The notes beneath the pieces were generated by a model. That model was given only the letters and a program-made list of their open reading frames with translations, had not been told where the DNA came from and made no database searches. Shown piece by piece: positions 37,240-49,315 of a DNA stretch of 64,000 nucleotides. How positions within the stretch are numbered: the first letter of the stretch is position 1; every line of letters starts with the position of its first letter. The stretch comes from the human T2T-CHM13v2.0 reference genome, Homo sapiens. Made by a program: the position numbers and the translations under genes. The stretch lies in the NCBI RefSeq assembly GCF_009914755.1, contig NC_060926.1; one strand, written 5' to 3'.

Positions 37240-37552
37240 CAGCATTGTCCAATAGAAATATAATGTGAGCAAAATATATAATTTTAAATTTTCTAGTAGC
37301 CACATTTTAAAGAAGTAAAAAGAAACGTGAAGTTTATTTTAATAATATATTTTATTTAATCCAATATATCCAAGATATTATCATTTAAATATGTTATCAG
37401 TGTAAAAATCATTGAGATATTTACTTTTATGTATTAAGGGTTTAACACCGGTATGCAGTTTGTATTTACAGTTTTGCTCAACTAAGACTGGCTGCATTTC
37501 AAGTGCTCAGTAGCTACATCGTGGCCAGTGGCTACTGTGATGGATGACACAG
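37240..37552. mobile_element. MER33 hAT-Charlie MITE (second copy)
   Basis: CAGCATTGTCCAATAGAAATATAATGTGAGC..GTGGCTACTGTGATGGATGACACAG. Degenerate 8-bp TSD ATCTTGCT / ATCTAACT. Confidence 0.9.
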
Positions 37553-37618
37553 ATCTAACTCTTTACCGAGAGGTTTTAAAGCTGCATTTGACTCTTATTG
37601 GAATAGATAACTGGGAAA

Positions 37619-37961
37619 TATCTTAGTATTTTTTCTGTCACTATGACGGAATACCAAAGACTGTGAAGGAAATTTATTCAGCTCATTGTTCTGAAGACTG
37701 GGAAGTACAAGAGCATGGTGCCAGCATCTGGTGAGGGCCTTCTCATTTTGTCATAATATGGCACAGGACATCACATAGTGAGAAGGCAAGAGCAAGAGAG
37801 CCAGTGAGAGCTTGCTTTTATAAGAAACCTACTCCCATGATAAAGAACTTGCTTTCATGATAGCAACATTATTCCCATGAATCCATTAATTCATTCATGA
37901 GGGCAGAGGGATTGAGTTTCCAACACACAAATTTTAGGAAAACTCATTCAAAAGCATGACA
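37619..37961 (-). mobile_element. MST-family (MSTC/MSTD-like) MaLR solo LTR
   Basis: GAAATTTATTCAGCTCATTGTTCTGAAGACTGGGAAGTACAAGAGCATGGTGCCAGCATCTGGTGAGGGCCTTCT. 5-bp TSD GGAAA / GGAAC. Confidence 0.85.
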
Positions 37962-39859
37962 GGAACCCATAATGGCACTTTAGTTCCAGGAACAATCTAA
38001 TGTTGCAAGGTTTGGAAGTATTTAATTTCTTGTTCCTTAAAGCTCTCTTGTCATTAGTGCTTATTGACCTAGATAGAGGTAAATATCAGCAGATATAATT
38101 TTGTGGATCCAATGTTACAGTAGAAATTTAGAATATGTCTCGTTTTTTTCTCTTCTGCCATGGTTAATTGATGTAAAGTCTAGTTGAATGTTGCCACCTG
38201 AAATCTTGAATATGAAAGAATTTACTTCCTCCTTAATTATTTTCAATTCAGTAACTTCCAAAAAAGTCTTGGAAACAATTATTGTAAACAGAGTGGGAAA
38301 GAGGAAGATAAGTTAATTGCACCAGAAACCTGGGTATTAAAAACTTGATACAATTTTTATAAGAAAATAAAATATGGCTATACAGACACTCTCTGTGAAG
38401 AAAAGCTAATATTAGAGATATTCAATGGGAAGAGAAACTTCCAGCATATAGATCAGGCAAAGAAATGTTTGCAAGAAAACAACTCTACTCCTTGCTAAGA
38501 AGAAATGTTTTAATTCTGTAGCTGCAAGTAAATTGTTGGCTGAAAGAGGTCTCTTAAGTTGTCAGCACTCAGAAATACTGACACAACCCTTTGCGGCTGC
38601 TCCTCCTTCCCTTGGTTCATGGGTCTCTGGCCTTCACAAACGTAGCCTGGGCAAATCTTAGAGGTTCATCTACATCCAGAGATGCTGGGAGCAAAGGATC
38701 TAATTCCCCAAAATGAATTGGGTATCATGCAAGTCCCAAAGCACAACCTCATTCATTAGGGGCCTTCTAAGGGCTTTCGATTTGAGGGGAATCCTTCTCG
38801 ATTCTAGCAGGCCAACTTGCCCAGAAACACTCAGCTCTGTAGCTATTCAACTAAATTGCCCCAAAGTTCTTCAACATAAATGAAACAGGTTTAATATCCT
38901 TGGGCAGGGATTATTCCTGGAGACGAGTTGTCATCACATTTACCACACAGGGGTAGGAGGAAGAGTCCAAGGTGCAAGGTGATCTGGCAAAGTAGGCATT
39001 GCTCAAGCATGTGTAAGGACATTGTTTCCCGTTTAACTTGCCTATTTTGTAAACTGAGAAACAGCAATGTTCTTCTAAAATATCCCAACTAACTAAAATA
39101 GCTTAAAGACTCTGGGAACTGTATATTGGCAACAGTTCAACAGTAAACAAAAGGAACAATAAATGAAGGTTTTAATTAGATCATTTAAATTGGGGTTGTA
39201 AATAAACTATGTTAAAGAGCAAACATTGGAATTTATCAAATGTGGAGTCCAATACAGACATTGCAAATCGAAATCACGCAAAAGACCTAAAAATATTGAA
39301 TAGCTGGATCTTTTCCTCCAGTGCTTCAAGTCTGCATTCCTTTTTCCCATGATGCTCTGTTGATTTGCAATTTAAATTGTGGTATCTGTACCACATTTAT
39401 CGCACCTATTGCTTATCCACATATAAATCTATTTTAGAGCTGAGCACTAAGTTAGAAAGATTTGTTATAAATGTCTTATTTTAATATTTTATGCATGTAC
39501 TATAATTTGATTCAAAGTGCTGTTTGTCTAAAATACATAACGATGTGTGCTGTGATCGGGCTTCTGTTCTTCAGGAAATATATTTAAGGCAAAACAATTA
39601 ACTCATCTGTGCATAACACTCGCAGAGTCTGCTCATGTTTTGAATCATTTTAATATACATTCATCTTCCACTCCTTTTATGAAATCTTGTTATAAACTAG
39701 GATATGGGGATCTTACCTTCCCTAGGTCTACATGGGAATCCTTTTCTAATTTTCCTCTCAATCCTCCTTTCCATAGTAAAGGAAATCCTCTTTGAAATTA
39801 GCAGGGTTTCTGCATGCAGACCTGTGATAAACAAGGCCCAAGAATTTAAATGTAAGAAA

Positions 39860-40090
39860 AGAAGCAAATATTGATTGAGCCCCTACTAATGCAAGGCACT
39901 ATCCGAGAGCCTTCAAACATTCCATCTGCTTTAATCCTCGTAAAAACCTCTGAAGTGGCTACTATAATCCCCATATTACAGATGGAGTCACTGAGGCTTG
40001 GGGAAGATACATAAATTACCAAAGTCCTCTTGTGGATGAGTGGTGGAGCTTCTTAGACTCCAAATCCATATTCTTTCTGCACATCTTGCT
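39860..40090 (-). mobile_element. MIR
   Basis: TTGAGCCCCTACTAATGCAAGGCACT..TTTAATCCTCGTAAAAACC..CCCATATTACAGATGGAGTCACTGAGGCT. Confidence 0.78.
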
Positions 40091-40514
40091 CCCTCCAGTG
40101 CACTCTATTTTAATATAATCAAATTTGAGTTAGGACCATTCAACGTAAAGGCTAAGTTTTGTGATACATCACTCAGCTCTGTTTTCCAAAATTGCTGAAA
40201 ACATACTCCAGTGTCTAGTGAGTGACTAAAGAAATTGCATTTGTAATTCAATTCCTACAGTCTCCTGAAGATGATGAGTAAATATGGCTCCATTAAAAAT
40301 AGTTCTAATGGTATGAAATATATAAATAAATAAGTAAATAAATAAAATGAAAAAGGAAACGGACAAAAAAGATAGATCCAGTCAATTTAAATCATATGCA
40401 TCCATTCACACACTGATGCAAAGATTGACCTTGGAAAACATGGAATGGAGGGCAAATCCACCCGCACCATCTCAGCCCCCTAAAAAGCATTATGTGAGCA
40501 AAACCAGGTAAGTT

Positions 40515-40750
40515 AAGGAAAGCCTTCCCTGACAGGTTAAATGCCTTTATTATAGTCTCTCACAGTACCAAGTACCTTAGCCCTTGTCACAGCTGCAATT
40601 TTACATTTGTGGAACTATTTGATTAACATTGGCTTCTCCTATAGATTATCTCTTTCTTTTTTCTCCTTTCTGTGGCATTCCTGGCCCCTAGCACATAGTA
40701 GACAGTTAGCAATCATTTCTTGAATGAATGAACAAATGAATGATTGAAAG
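40515..40750 (+). mobile_element. L2 3' end
   Basis: GGAAAGCCTTCCCTGAC..CCTAGCACATAGTAGAC..TTGAATGAATGAACAAATGAATGA tail. Confidence 0.7.
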
Positions 40751-41649
40751 AATTGTATATTTCTGATGTTCATTTCACAGGAATTTACCTCATAGTTACA
40801 CTTAGGTACATAAAACCCAGGCCAGCTAGTAAAACCACATCCCTCTTCCATGCCATTTGCTTCTCCTGGTCCTTGCCCTGTAGCCTGCTCCCTGCTGTTG
40901 CTTGAAACCATCCCACCACAGTGTGACACCTGAAGCAATTACTCTGATTTACCCCAATTAGCAAAGTCCTAATGAGTGTGTGTATGTGTGTTTGTGTGTG
41001 TCTATGTACAAGCAAGGATGAACTCTTAGGAGAGGGATAATATCACAGTCTTCCCTTTACTGGTTACATGTTAAGTCCTGCCATTGAGATGAAATCATGG
41101 TTACTTGAGGGCAAGATAACTGTTCATCTTTGCATCCCCAGCTCTAAGAATGGTGTTTGCACATAGTAAGTTCTCAACAGTGGAATCATTTGAGCCTGAA
41201 GCATTCCTGACGGGAGTGCTCATAGGAGCCTGAAATCATTCTGTAGGGAAGGACAGTGCAGGCTTCTCATAAACTTCAAGCCAAAACAGAAATAGCCTCT
41301 GCACCTCCATAGGAAGGTCTTACCTGAGGACTTCTCAATTTATCTCTCTCATACCTCCTGGCACACAGACTGAAAGCCTGTGGTCTTGGCAGGGGAGACT
41401 CAAGTGCCAGCCATTTGCCAATGTCTGCATTCACCCCATACTTCTGCCCCTCCATCCCCACCATGCATGTTGGCAAGGGATTGTAGGATACCAGATTCAT
41501 TGGTCTGAAAAGCCTTATGTTCACCAGTAAGGAAATGTGTCTGCTCAGCCAAAATTCATGAATACTGACGTTTTAATCTTAATTGTTAGTTAATTTTCTT
41601 CAAACATGCGTTTGCTGATACCTTTGGCAAGAGCTGGTGGTTTTTGCTG

Positions 41650-41810
41650 ATTCAGTTGAATTCAATGAGCAATATACTGAGTTCCTACTATGTGCATGGC
41701 ATGGTGTTAAGAATAATAGAAGACAAAAAAAATGCAGATAAGCACTGGTCTTCAAGGAGTTCGGAGTCTAATAGGCAAGAGAGACATTGTATGCAAATAG
41801 CTACACTACA
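41650..41810 (-). mobile_element. L2 3' end
   Basis: AATATACTGAGTTCCTACTATGTGCATGGCATGGTGTTAAG..CTTCAAGGAGTTCGGAGTCTAATAGG. Confidence 0.65.
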
Positions 41811-42109
41811 ACTACTTGGCCTTTTTGGTTTCCAGAATTTATAGAGTAGAACTTGTACCTACCAAGAAAATTGCTTAATATTAGACTCATTGGCAATTCT
41901 AAAATATCTATATAGGGGAGATTTGGAGACAAGGATTTGCTTAGAAAGGGCAGAAAAGCTTGGAGTTGTAATTACATAGCTGTGTATGTAGATCTGAAAA
42001 ATAAAAATGTCAGTTCACTTCAAAGACTAAGGAGAAATGTTGGAGATTTGGTGTAAACAAGAGATAACCCTTAGCATTGAAATGGATAAACTTTCCAAAA
42101 ACCTTAATT

Positions 42110-42310
42110 CCACTCATTCACTATTTCTTTCCTGGTAATCATCACAATCTTTGATTATCTTATTTATTTATATTTACTTGATGATGTGTGTTCCTCACTG
42201 GAATGTAATCTCATGTGCGCAAAGACCTTGTCTGTCTTGTTTACTACTGCATCTCTAATGGTTTCTGGCACAAAGTATGCTCTAGGTAAGTATTTGTTGA
42301 ATAAATGTAT
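42110..42310 (+). mobile_element. L2 3' end
   Basis: CACTGGAATGTAATCTC..GACCTTGTCTGTCTTGTTTACT..CTGGCACAAAGTATGCTC..TATTTGTTGAATAAATG. Confidence 0.75.
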
Positions 42311-44171
42311 GGTAAATAACAGAGAATACTAATCTCATTAAAATGCATACTGGTCTCATACTTTGTCCAATTCCTATGTTAAAGAGAAAGAAATATTGGT
42401 CTTCTCATTGGAATAAAATCAGACTGTAAGGTAGAAGGTAGCATACCACTTTGCCCACAATAATTATTTCATGACATGTCATTTGTGATGGACAATGGAG
42501 GTAGTGGTGATTATATTCTTTATTGTTATACTTAAGTGCATTTGAAATAAAAGTGCACAATAAACAAGACCTAAAAACAAAATTACAAGAGGATGTCAAG
42601 GTCAGTACCTCTAGTGAAACCCCCTAATTGGCCAACACTCTCTTCTGGAGAAGAAGCTTCCTAGCCTCATTTCTCCGTCCAAAAGCTCACTTGTCAGTGT
42701 GCCTTTATCTGTCCAACTTTTTTTTCCAAAGTAAAATCCCCAAAGATGAGAAAGCCCCTGCTGAGAACACTTGTCTGGCATCCTGGGAAGGACTCAAGAG
42801 GACCGTTCATCTATTTAGTGACAGAATTTTCCATGCTTAGTAAATTCTGTTGCTTGGTAATTGCAACTCTGTGTGTTGTGTATTCCCTCTCTAGTGCTCT
42901 AGATCCCTTTTTGCTTTTATAGTTATAGAGCTGGTACCCTGTAGAAAGTATATTCTGGGTATTCAATGATCTTAAAAGCTTTGAACAGCAATCTCTCTAT
43001 TTCCTGTCTTGAGTACTCAAGGGGTTGTATACCTCCAGAAATTAACTATGCAATCTTAACAAGAGGAGATAATAAGAACAAAAAAACGCACTATTTCTCC
43101 AACTTGGATATACATTCCCATCAAAATAGTTGGAAAGCTTGAAATGGAATAGCAACTCATTTCTAAAAGGAAAAAAACTGATCTGGTAATTATAGTTAAT
43201 TTCTCTTTTACACTAATTATTTCCATATGGTTTCCTCATTAAAAGCCTGTATTTAGGCTAGAACTTGATGCTAGAAGAAGCAGACAGCAGATTAGAGCAC
43301 CCTTTGCTCCAGAGAGAACAATTCTTTCCTGGATCCAGACAGAAGACTGAATCCCAGGTAGTCACTTTATACATAAATGCCACTAATCACAAGGTGAGAA
43401 TGTGGGTGGCTTTCTTCAATAAATCAGAGAGTTTAATCTTGCACATTGTCTAGCAGAAGGTAGGCTCATTAAATTGTTGTTCCATTATTCACCATCAAAT
43501 CTATTCCAAAGAGAGAAAGAGAGAGAGAAAAAGGCCCTCATTAGTTTATTGATGGTTTTTGGTATCATCTTTGAAGATAAAAAGTCAGGTTGTTAGCAGT
43601 GTTCTAAACCTATACAAAATATATGCCAATCTGATACATACCTATAACTATATCTGTGCCTGCCTTGGGCCACATTAGTTCATAAAAGATCCATCCCTGA
43701 TCCGTCATCTTTGGCCAAGGCAGATGGAGGGAGGGGATGATTCAAGGTCATATGTGAAATTTTTAAAAAGTGCACTGGCAATTTCCCAGCAAAATCATTT
43801 GGTGCTAAAGAACACCCTTTACCAAACCTCCAACCAGTCTCCTATGTTTACTCCTGTTTACTTCCTTCACAGACACCCTCTCAATTTATAATTACCATGT
43901 TACCATGTTTGTTTATATTTACTTGTTGACCATTTGTCTAACCTTTAGAAAGTAACACCATGTGTGCAAAGACCTTGTCACAAGTCCACTAGGATCTAAA
44001 GAGATCATTGCCCATTCCCTTAATTGTACCACCCTTTCATTCTCAAGACTTTGAATATCATTAAGGAAAGCTTTCCCCACTAAATACTTTTATCAGTTTT
44101 ATTTTTAATTAGATTACATTCAGTGTTTAGAAAACTTTACTTCCTACTTTCACATGGCACTTTAGTCCCTT

Positions 44172-44745
44172 GGTGTCATAATTGGTTGCAAGCAACAGAA
44201 ACTCACTCATAACAGTGGGAAGTCAAGGGGAATGAAGTTCCTTATAGGGACATAAAGAAGTTTCATAGGATCCAAAAATACTGTAGAGCCAGTCATGAGA
44301 ACTCAGCAAACACAGAAAAACAGGCAGCCTCAGAGGTTCCTTCTCTTTCGTGGAGGTGGTGTTTTTTTCTTTGCTCTATGGTTTCTTCATAACTTTGATT
44401 TATGCATAACTATCAAGGCCATAGCTAACCCTCCTCTTCTTACAGTCTTTAAATGTATGCACCTACTGATAACTAACAATTTTGTCTCTGTACTCAACTA
44501 TAACATTGAGGAGGAAGGAATAGGATTGGCTCAATCTATCTTTTCTTAGGAATGCACCAAGACATGTCACTGACATGCATATCTGGAGTTATTCCCCGCT
44601 CCCCGCCACCTCACCCACCCCCACCATCAGAGGTCTATCATCACTGGCCATGGCAAGCAGGGAAGAGAATGGATCAGGGTCACATGGGAAGCAGGGGCTG
44701 CACATGGGCAGAGCCCTGAGAAAAGGGCCAGTGGTAGGTAGTGCA
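44172..44745 (-). mobile_element. Old MLT1 (MLT1J/K/L-like) LTR, highly diverged
   Basis: Starts with the MLT1-type TTGGTTGCAAGCAACAGAAACTCACTC. Later GATTGGCTCA and CAGGGTCACATGG motifs. Confidence 0.5.
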
Positions 44746-44989
44746 CAAGACATCGTGAGGCACTTCTTAGTTCCTATCAGTCACAGAACTTATAAGTGTC
44801 TTAGAACATATTCCATGTAGTTCAGATAATGCAGTTCACTCCTGTCTCCCATGGACACATAAAAATATAATGACTAAGAAACATGAGTACACCTTTCACA
44901 ACAGGCTATGCAGGTATCTGCTAGTATATTCCTCTTTCCATTCTTTTGGCATGAGTACTTAAGCAATAATGAATATTTTGTTTGTTAGT

Positions 44990-45190
44990 AAGAAAATAGC
45001 TAATTCTATGATGGTTATTATATGTCAGACACTGTTCTAAGCTCTTTACATTTATCAAGTAATTTAATTCTCACACAATCCTTATGAGGTAGGTACAATT
45101 ATTAATCCAATTTTGAGATAAGGAAACTTGATCACAGAGCTTAGCTACCACAGAGCTATTAAATGATGGGGCCAGAATTTGAAGATAGCT
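44990..45190 (-). mobile_element. MIR
   Basis: TATGTCAGACACTGTTCTAAGCTCTTTACAT..ATTTAATTCTCAC..ATGAGGTAGGTAC..GATAAGGAAACTTGA. Confidence 0.82.
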
Positions 45191-47492
45191 CACTTAAATA
45201 TCCAAAAAAAATTAGTAACTGATAATATGAAGTGCCATTTGATTCTAAATCCCCTCTTGATAAAAGAAGCTTTACTAGTGCTGTGTTTTGATGACAACTA
45301 ATATTAAGGGTCAACTTTGTGCCTTGCCAAAGTCTAGGTTGTATGCAGCTTTATTTTTCGTCTGGCACTATCCAGTTATTTTAAGAATAATACCCAGAAT
45401 TTAAAGAGGTTTCTACTACTAAAATACAGAGACTCCAAAGGAATTCTCTCCCAGTTCTTAGATCATCATGACTTAGGAGGAAAAGATGTCACCCTCAACC
45501 ACTGGCTGTCATTGTTGAAGGGAGAAGTACACTGATCAGTCTCACCCCAGGAGATTTCCCTAGCCTGCCCTTTTCACTTCCATTTTCAGAGATTTTTTTA
45601 TTTCACCCTCTTGATAAACAAAAACAGATTTCTGGGGGAAAAAATAGCATAACAACTTTATTTTTTTTCTCAGAAAGCCACTTTCACGGCAGATGGAACT
45701 CAGCATGCTATCGCCCAAATCTTTAGCAAACCTGAAATCCAAAGAGTTCCTTATACCAAGGACCACGCATCGTCCCATTTTGTGCCTCTTTAACTGACAC
45801 TTTGAACCAGTGTACACTTCCTTAATCTGGTCCCATTATCAGCCTAATAACAACTCCTGATATTCATAAATGCCTAGCAAGACTTTCAGCTATTTTGTAC
45901 GAAGAAGAAATACCCAGCTAAATTGAGAAGATTACCACATCACCACATACATCAGTGACAGGCTCTGTGCTATTACAGTTGATTTTTGTTGACAGTTGGC
46001 TGTAGGCAGTTGTGTTTCAAATGCCTTTTTTCACTGGGAAATTAAACAAAATCCCATGCAAAATGCAGCCCTCCAGTTCAAAAACTGTAAATCCCAAATT
46101 AGCATTTCATACTTTAAAAGGTAGCACAGCACAATTTTCCATTGAAAGGTCTGTACAGTTGACACAAATGGGTGCTTCAGACATGACATTAATGCTACTG
46201 GTGCCATTTAAGAAAGCCACCTTTTTCAGATATTACTTTTCCTCTCTCAATAATCTGCATATACTATAGTTCTTGCCTATGGAAGAAAAAAAAAGAGGAA
46301 GGAAGAAAAAAATCTGAAATATTTCTTCAAGTAAATTATGTTCCCCCAAATTTCTAAACAAGTGAAAAAGAAATGAGTAATTAAATCCCCACAAAGAGAA
46401 GAGGGAAAACCTAGGCAGCCAAAGGTTACAAGTCACTTCTTCCACTAAACATTATGAAGAAAAAGGTACTTCTATAAGCTAGAAAGGCATCTGTGTCTAG
46501 AACAGGCCTGATATAAGAGCTTCCCGATTTTGATACGGGTTAAAGTCCTGTTTACCACAATTCTAACATGTGGGGTGAAAGTCATGGGACTGACATCAAA
46601 TAGGGGTATTTGATTCTTAAGACTGGAAATCTATTTTCCTTCTTACCCAGGAGACTCTTCAGAGTAAAAGAGTTTTAAACAGTGCCATTCCTTCATCCAG
46701 GAACAATTGCTATTTAACTGGAAAACCAAAAAAAGACAATAGTTGTCAGTCCGGGACACAGATATATTTAGAGAAAGAAATGCAATGTTTATTTCTGGAC
46801 TGTGGCACAAACATAAAATACTAGTCGGACAATTTCATTTCAATCCTTTAGCAGACATCTCACTAACAGCGCTTGATTCTTAGCCATATGAAGTCAAATG
46901 TCCAGTGGTCAGAACCATTGTGCAAAAGCCAAATGGGAAAGAATAATCACAGCCCTGTTCCTTGACCACTTTCATAATTTGAAGTAGGACAAAAATTTGG
47001 ACTTTTTAAAATAAAAGTTAATGTTCCAGAAGTTCACATGGTCAAAGGAAAACCACTATTTTTGAGCATTCGGAATGCTCAATTCCGAATGGTGAGCATG
47101 TGAAAAATGAATGTTAGAGCTCCATTTATCTTAGTGATGTTTAAATGCATGGGACCCAGTTCAGGTAAGAAATGGAAAACTTACTTCACCAAAGCTGCTG
47201 CAAACCCCAGACATCCCCCCTAGGATTTTTCTGGATCAAATGATTCAGATGTAAGAATATCATTCCAATTTTATAGTTTTGGTTTACCATGTTCTAATGG
47301 TGACTAACTAGCCTATGACTTCAAGTAAACCTTGCTTTCACAAAAATTTAGTGCTTGGCCAATCTGAAGAAATTCACTTAAACAAATGCTTCAGCTCTGC
47401 CTTTTTGTTTCATTCCAACCATATAGTTTGTCTGCCTACAAAGGAACTCAGCCTCAAGAAGGTAGGCTCAGGAAAAGACAGTCATGCTAACT

Positions 47493-47670
47493 AATCAGGT
47501 CTGTGGTTGCCTGGGGCTGGGGTGACCAGAAAATTGATCACAAAGAGGCATGAGGGAAATTTGGAGGTGGTGGAAAAATCCTGTACCTTAACTGTGGTGG
47601 TAGTTATGTGGATTTTACGTAGGTACAGTTTATTGTACATACAGTGCACTTTGATCAAGTTACTGAAAAT
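47493..47670 (+). mobile_element. L1M (L1MD/ME-like) 3'UTR fragment
   Basis: GTGGTTGCCTGGGGCTGGGG..AAAGAGGCATGAGGGAAATTTGGAGGTGGTGGAAAAATCCTGTACCTTAACTGTGGTGGTAGTTA. Confidence 0.8.
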
Positions 47671-47743
47671 TGAAAAACCCAATCATGACAGAGGTGTCTT
47701 TTTCCCATGAGACAGAATTCCATACAGAAGCACAGTGAGACAC

Positions 47744-47745
<2 letters not shown>

Positions 47746-47772
<27 letters not shown>
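47746..47772 (+). repeat. (A)27 mononucleotide run
   Basis: Seen directly. Confidence 0.95.
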
Positions 47773-47775
<3 letters not shown>

Positions 47776-48679
47776 GCCCAGTTCCATATCAGTGTCATGT
47801 CGAGGACAATCTAGACACTATGTACTTTGTGTTTCTAATGAAGAGTAAGCAATGCCCAGATTACATTCTTGTCCAGGTAAGGACAAAAAGTTCCGTAATA
47901 ATGTGAGAGTGAGTAACATCTTAATTACATAAGCAACTCATTCTGGACTTGTTTCTCAATTGTGGGTCAATTTCTAAAATAAAGAAACAAATAGTAACAG
48001 AAACAACAAAACTCTACATAATTTTCGAAAGAGAAAGGAAATCCCCAATCCTCTAGGGAATTATTAAGAGATCTACCTTTTATCTTAGTTTGGAAATAAA
48101 ATTTCCCAAAGTTCGTGAAAGCATTACCTTAACACTTCTTTACTTATTTTTCAAAGAAACAAATATTGTACATAGTTCTGAAAGTTATCATTTGCAGGAC
48201 AGTGGTTTTTTTCTTGAACAAAAGCCCAACTTCCAAACAAAATAAAGGTAGTTCATGGGGGGAGATTTCTTCTCCACTGCTGTTTGCCAGTAGCTTTCTG
48301 GACAAAAGAAGAGGCACAGACAAAGTGACAGCAGGGTACTGCTTTAAGAGATTGGTATTACAGGAAAATTCTAAATTAGAAAATAAATTAGAAATAATTA
48401 TTCTCCTTAAAAAAAGTTCTATATTTTACATAACTGGTACACTTTAAATATAAATTCCCTTCAGTTCATTTAAAAAGTTACCTACTTTAAAATTATTTAG
48501 AGAAAACTTTCCACGAATATTTTGAATATAAAATGAGATATGAATTTGATTATGAACAAGTATAAAAAACTCACCTAAGTATGTATGGCATATCTTTACT
48601 TTTTAAAAGTGCATAATATATCTTTATTTTGAGAAACATAGAGACTTCATTAATTGTTCTAATTTTTGCCTCTGTGACA

Positions 48680-49210
48680 TTCCTAATGAGTCAGGTAATG
48701 GGACATGTTGAGTATTTTTGGTTGGGAAATTGAACTGCAGAGAACTTAAATGATTTTCCTGGAGTTATGTATTCAATTAGTAGAAGTGGTTCAATAACTG
48801 ATTTCCTATTTCCAAATACAGTGCTGTTTCACTAGACAAATGCTACTTCTTTCTGTTATTATATTTGAAAAATATCATATTGTACATTTTATTTTATTCT
48901 TTTCAAAGAGCTTCTCATACGTTAAATATTCATTCATTTATTTACTCAGTAAAGAATATTTATTAAGAAACAACTAATTGCCAGTCCTCAAAATGAACAG
49001 TACATAATCTCTGCCTTTAAGGATCTTAGACTGTAGTTGGGGTAAAAGACACGTAAATACCTTATAACAACACAGCAGAGTTCAATTATGTAGATAGACA
49101 TAGGTATGAAGACAACACAAAGGATATCTACTTAAGCCTGGCTCAGGTAGGAAAGAGGAATTAGAGAACAATTTATCACTTCGAGAAGAATTGATTACTG
49201 AGCTGAGTCA
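48680..49210 (-). mobile_element. MIR fragment (~48680-48850) and L2 3' fragment (~48930-49210)
   Basis: GGGAAATTGAACTGCAGAGAACTTAAATGATTTTCC. CATTCATTTATTTACTCAG..TCTGCCTTTAAGGATCTTAGACTGTAG. Confidence 0.55.
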
Positions 49211-49267
49211 TGAAGACTTTTTTAAAGTTTACCAAGGAAGTAAAATAAGGTAGAGAGAGGAGAGTGT

Positions 49268-49270
<3 letters not shown>

Positions 49271-49312
<42 letters not shown>
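49271..49312. repeat. (TG)21 microsatellite
   Basis: Perfect 42-bp run. Confidence 0.97.

Positions 49313-49315
<3 letters not shown>

Noticed and set aside
28823-37552. Two MER33 copies (and two Tigger2 copies at 5.9 and 9.3 kb) as a segmental duplication or composite transposon
   Set aside because: The MER33 copies have different TSDs, all copies have unrelated flanks, and they are as diverged as independent insertions.
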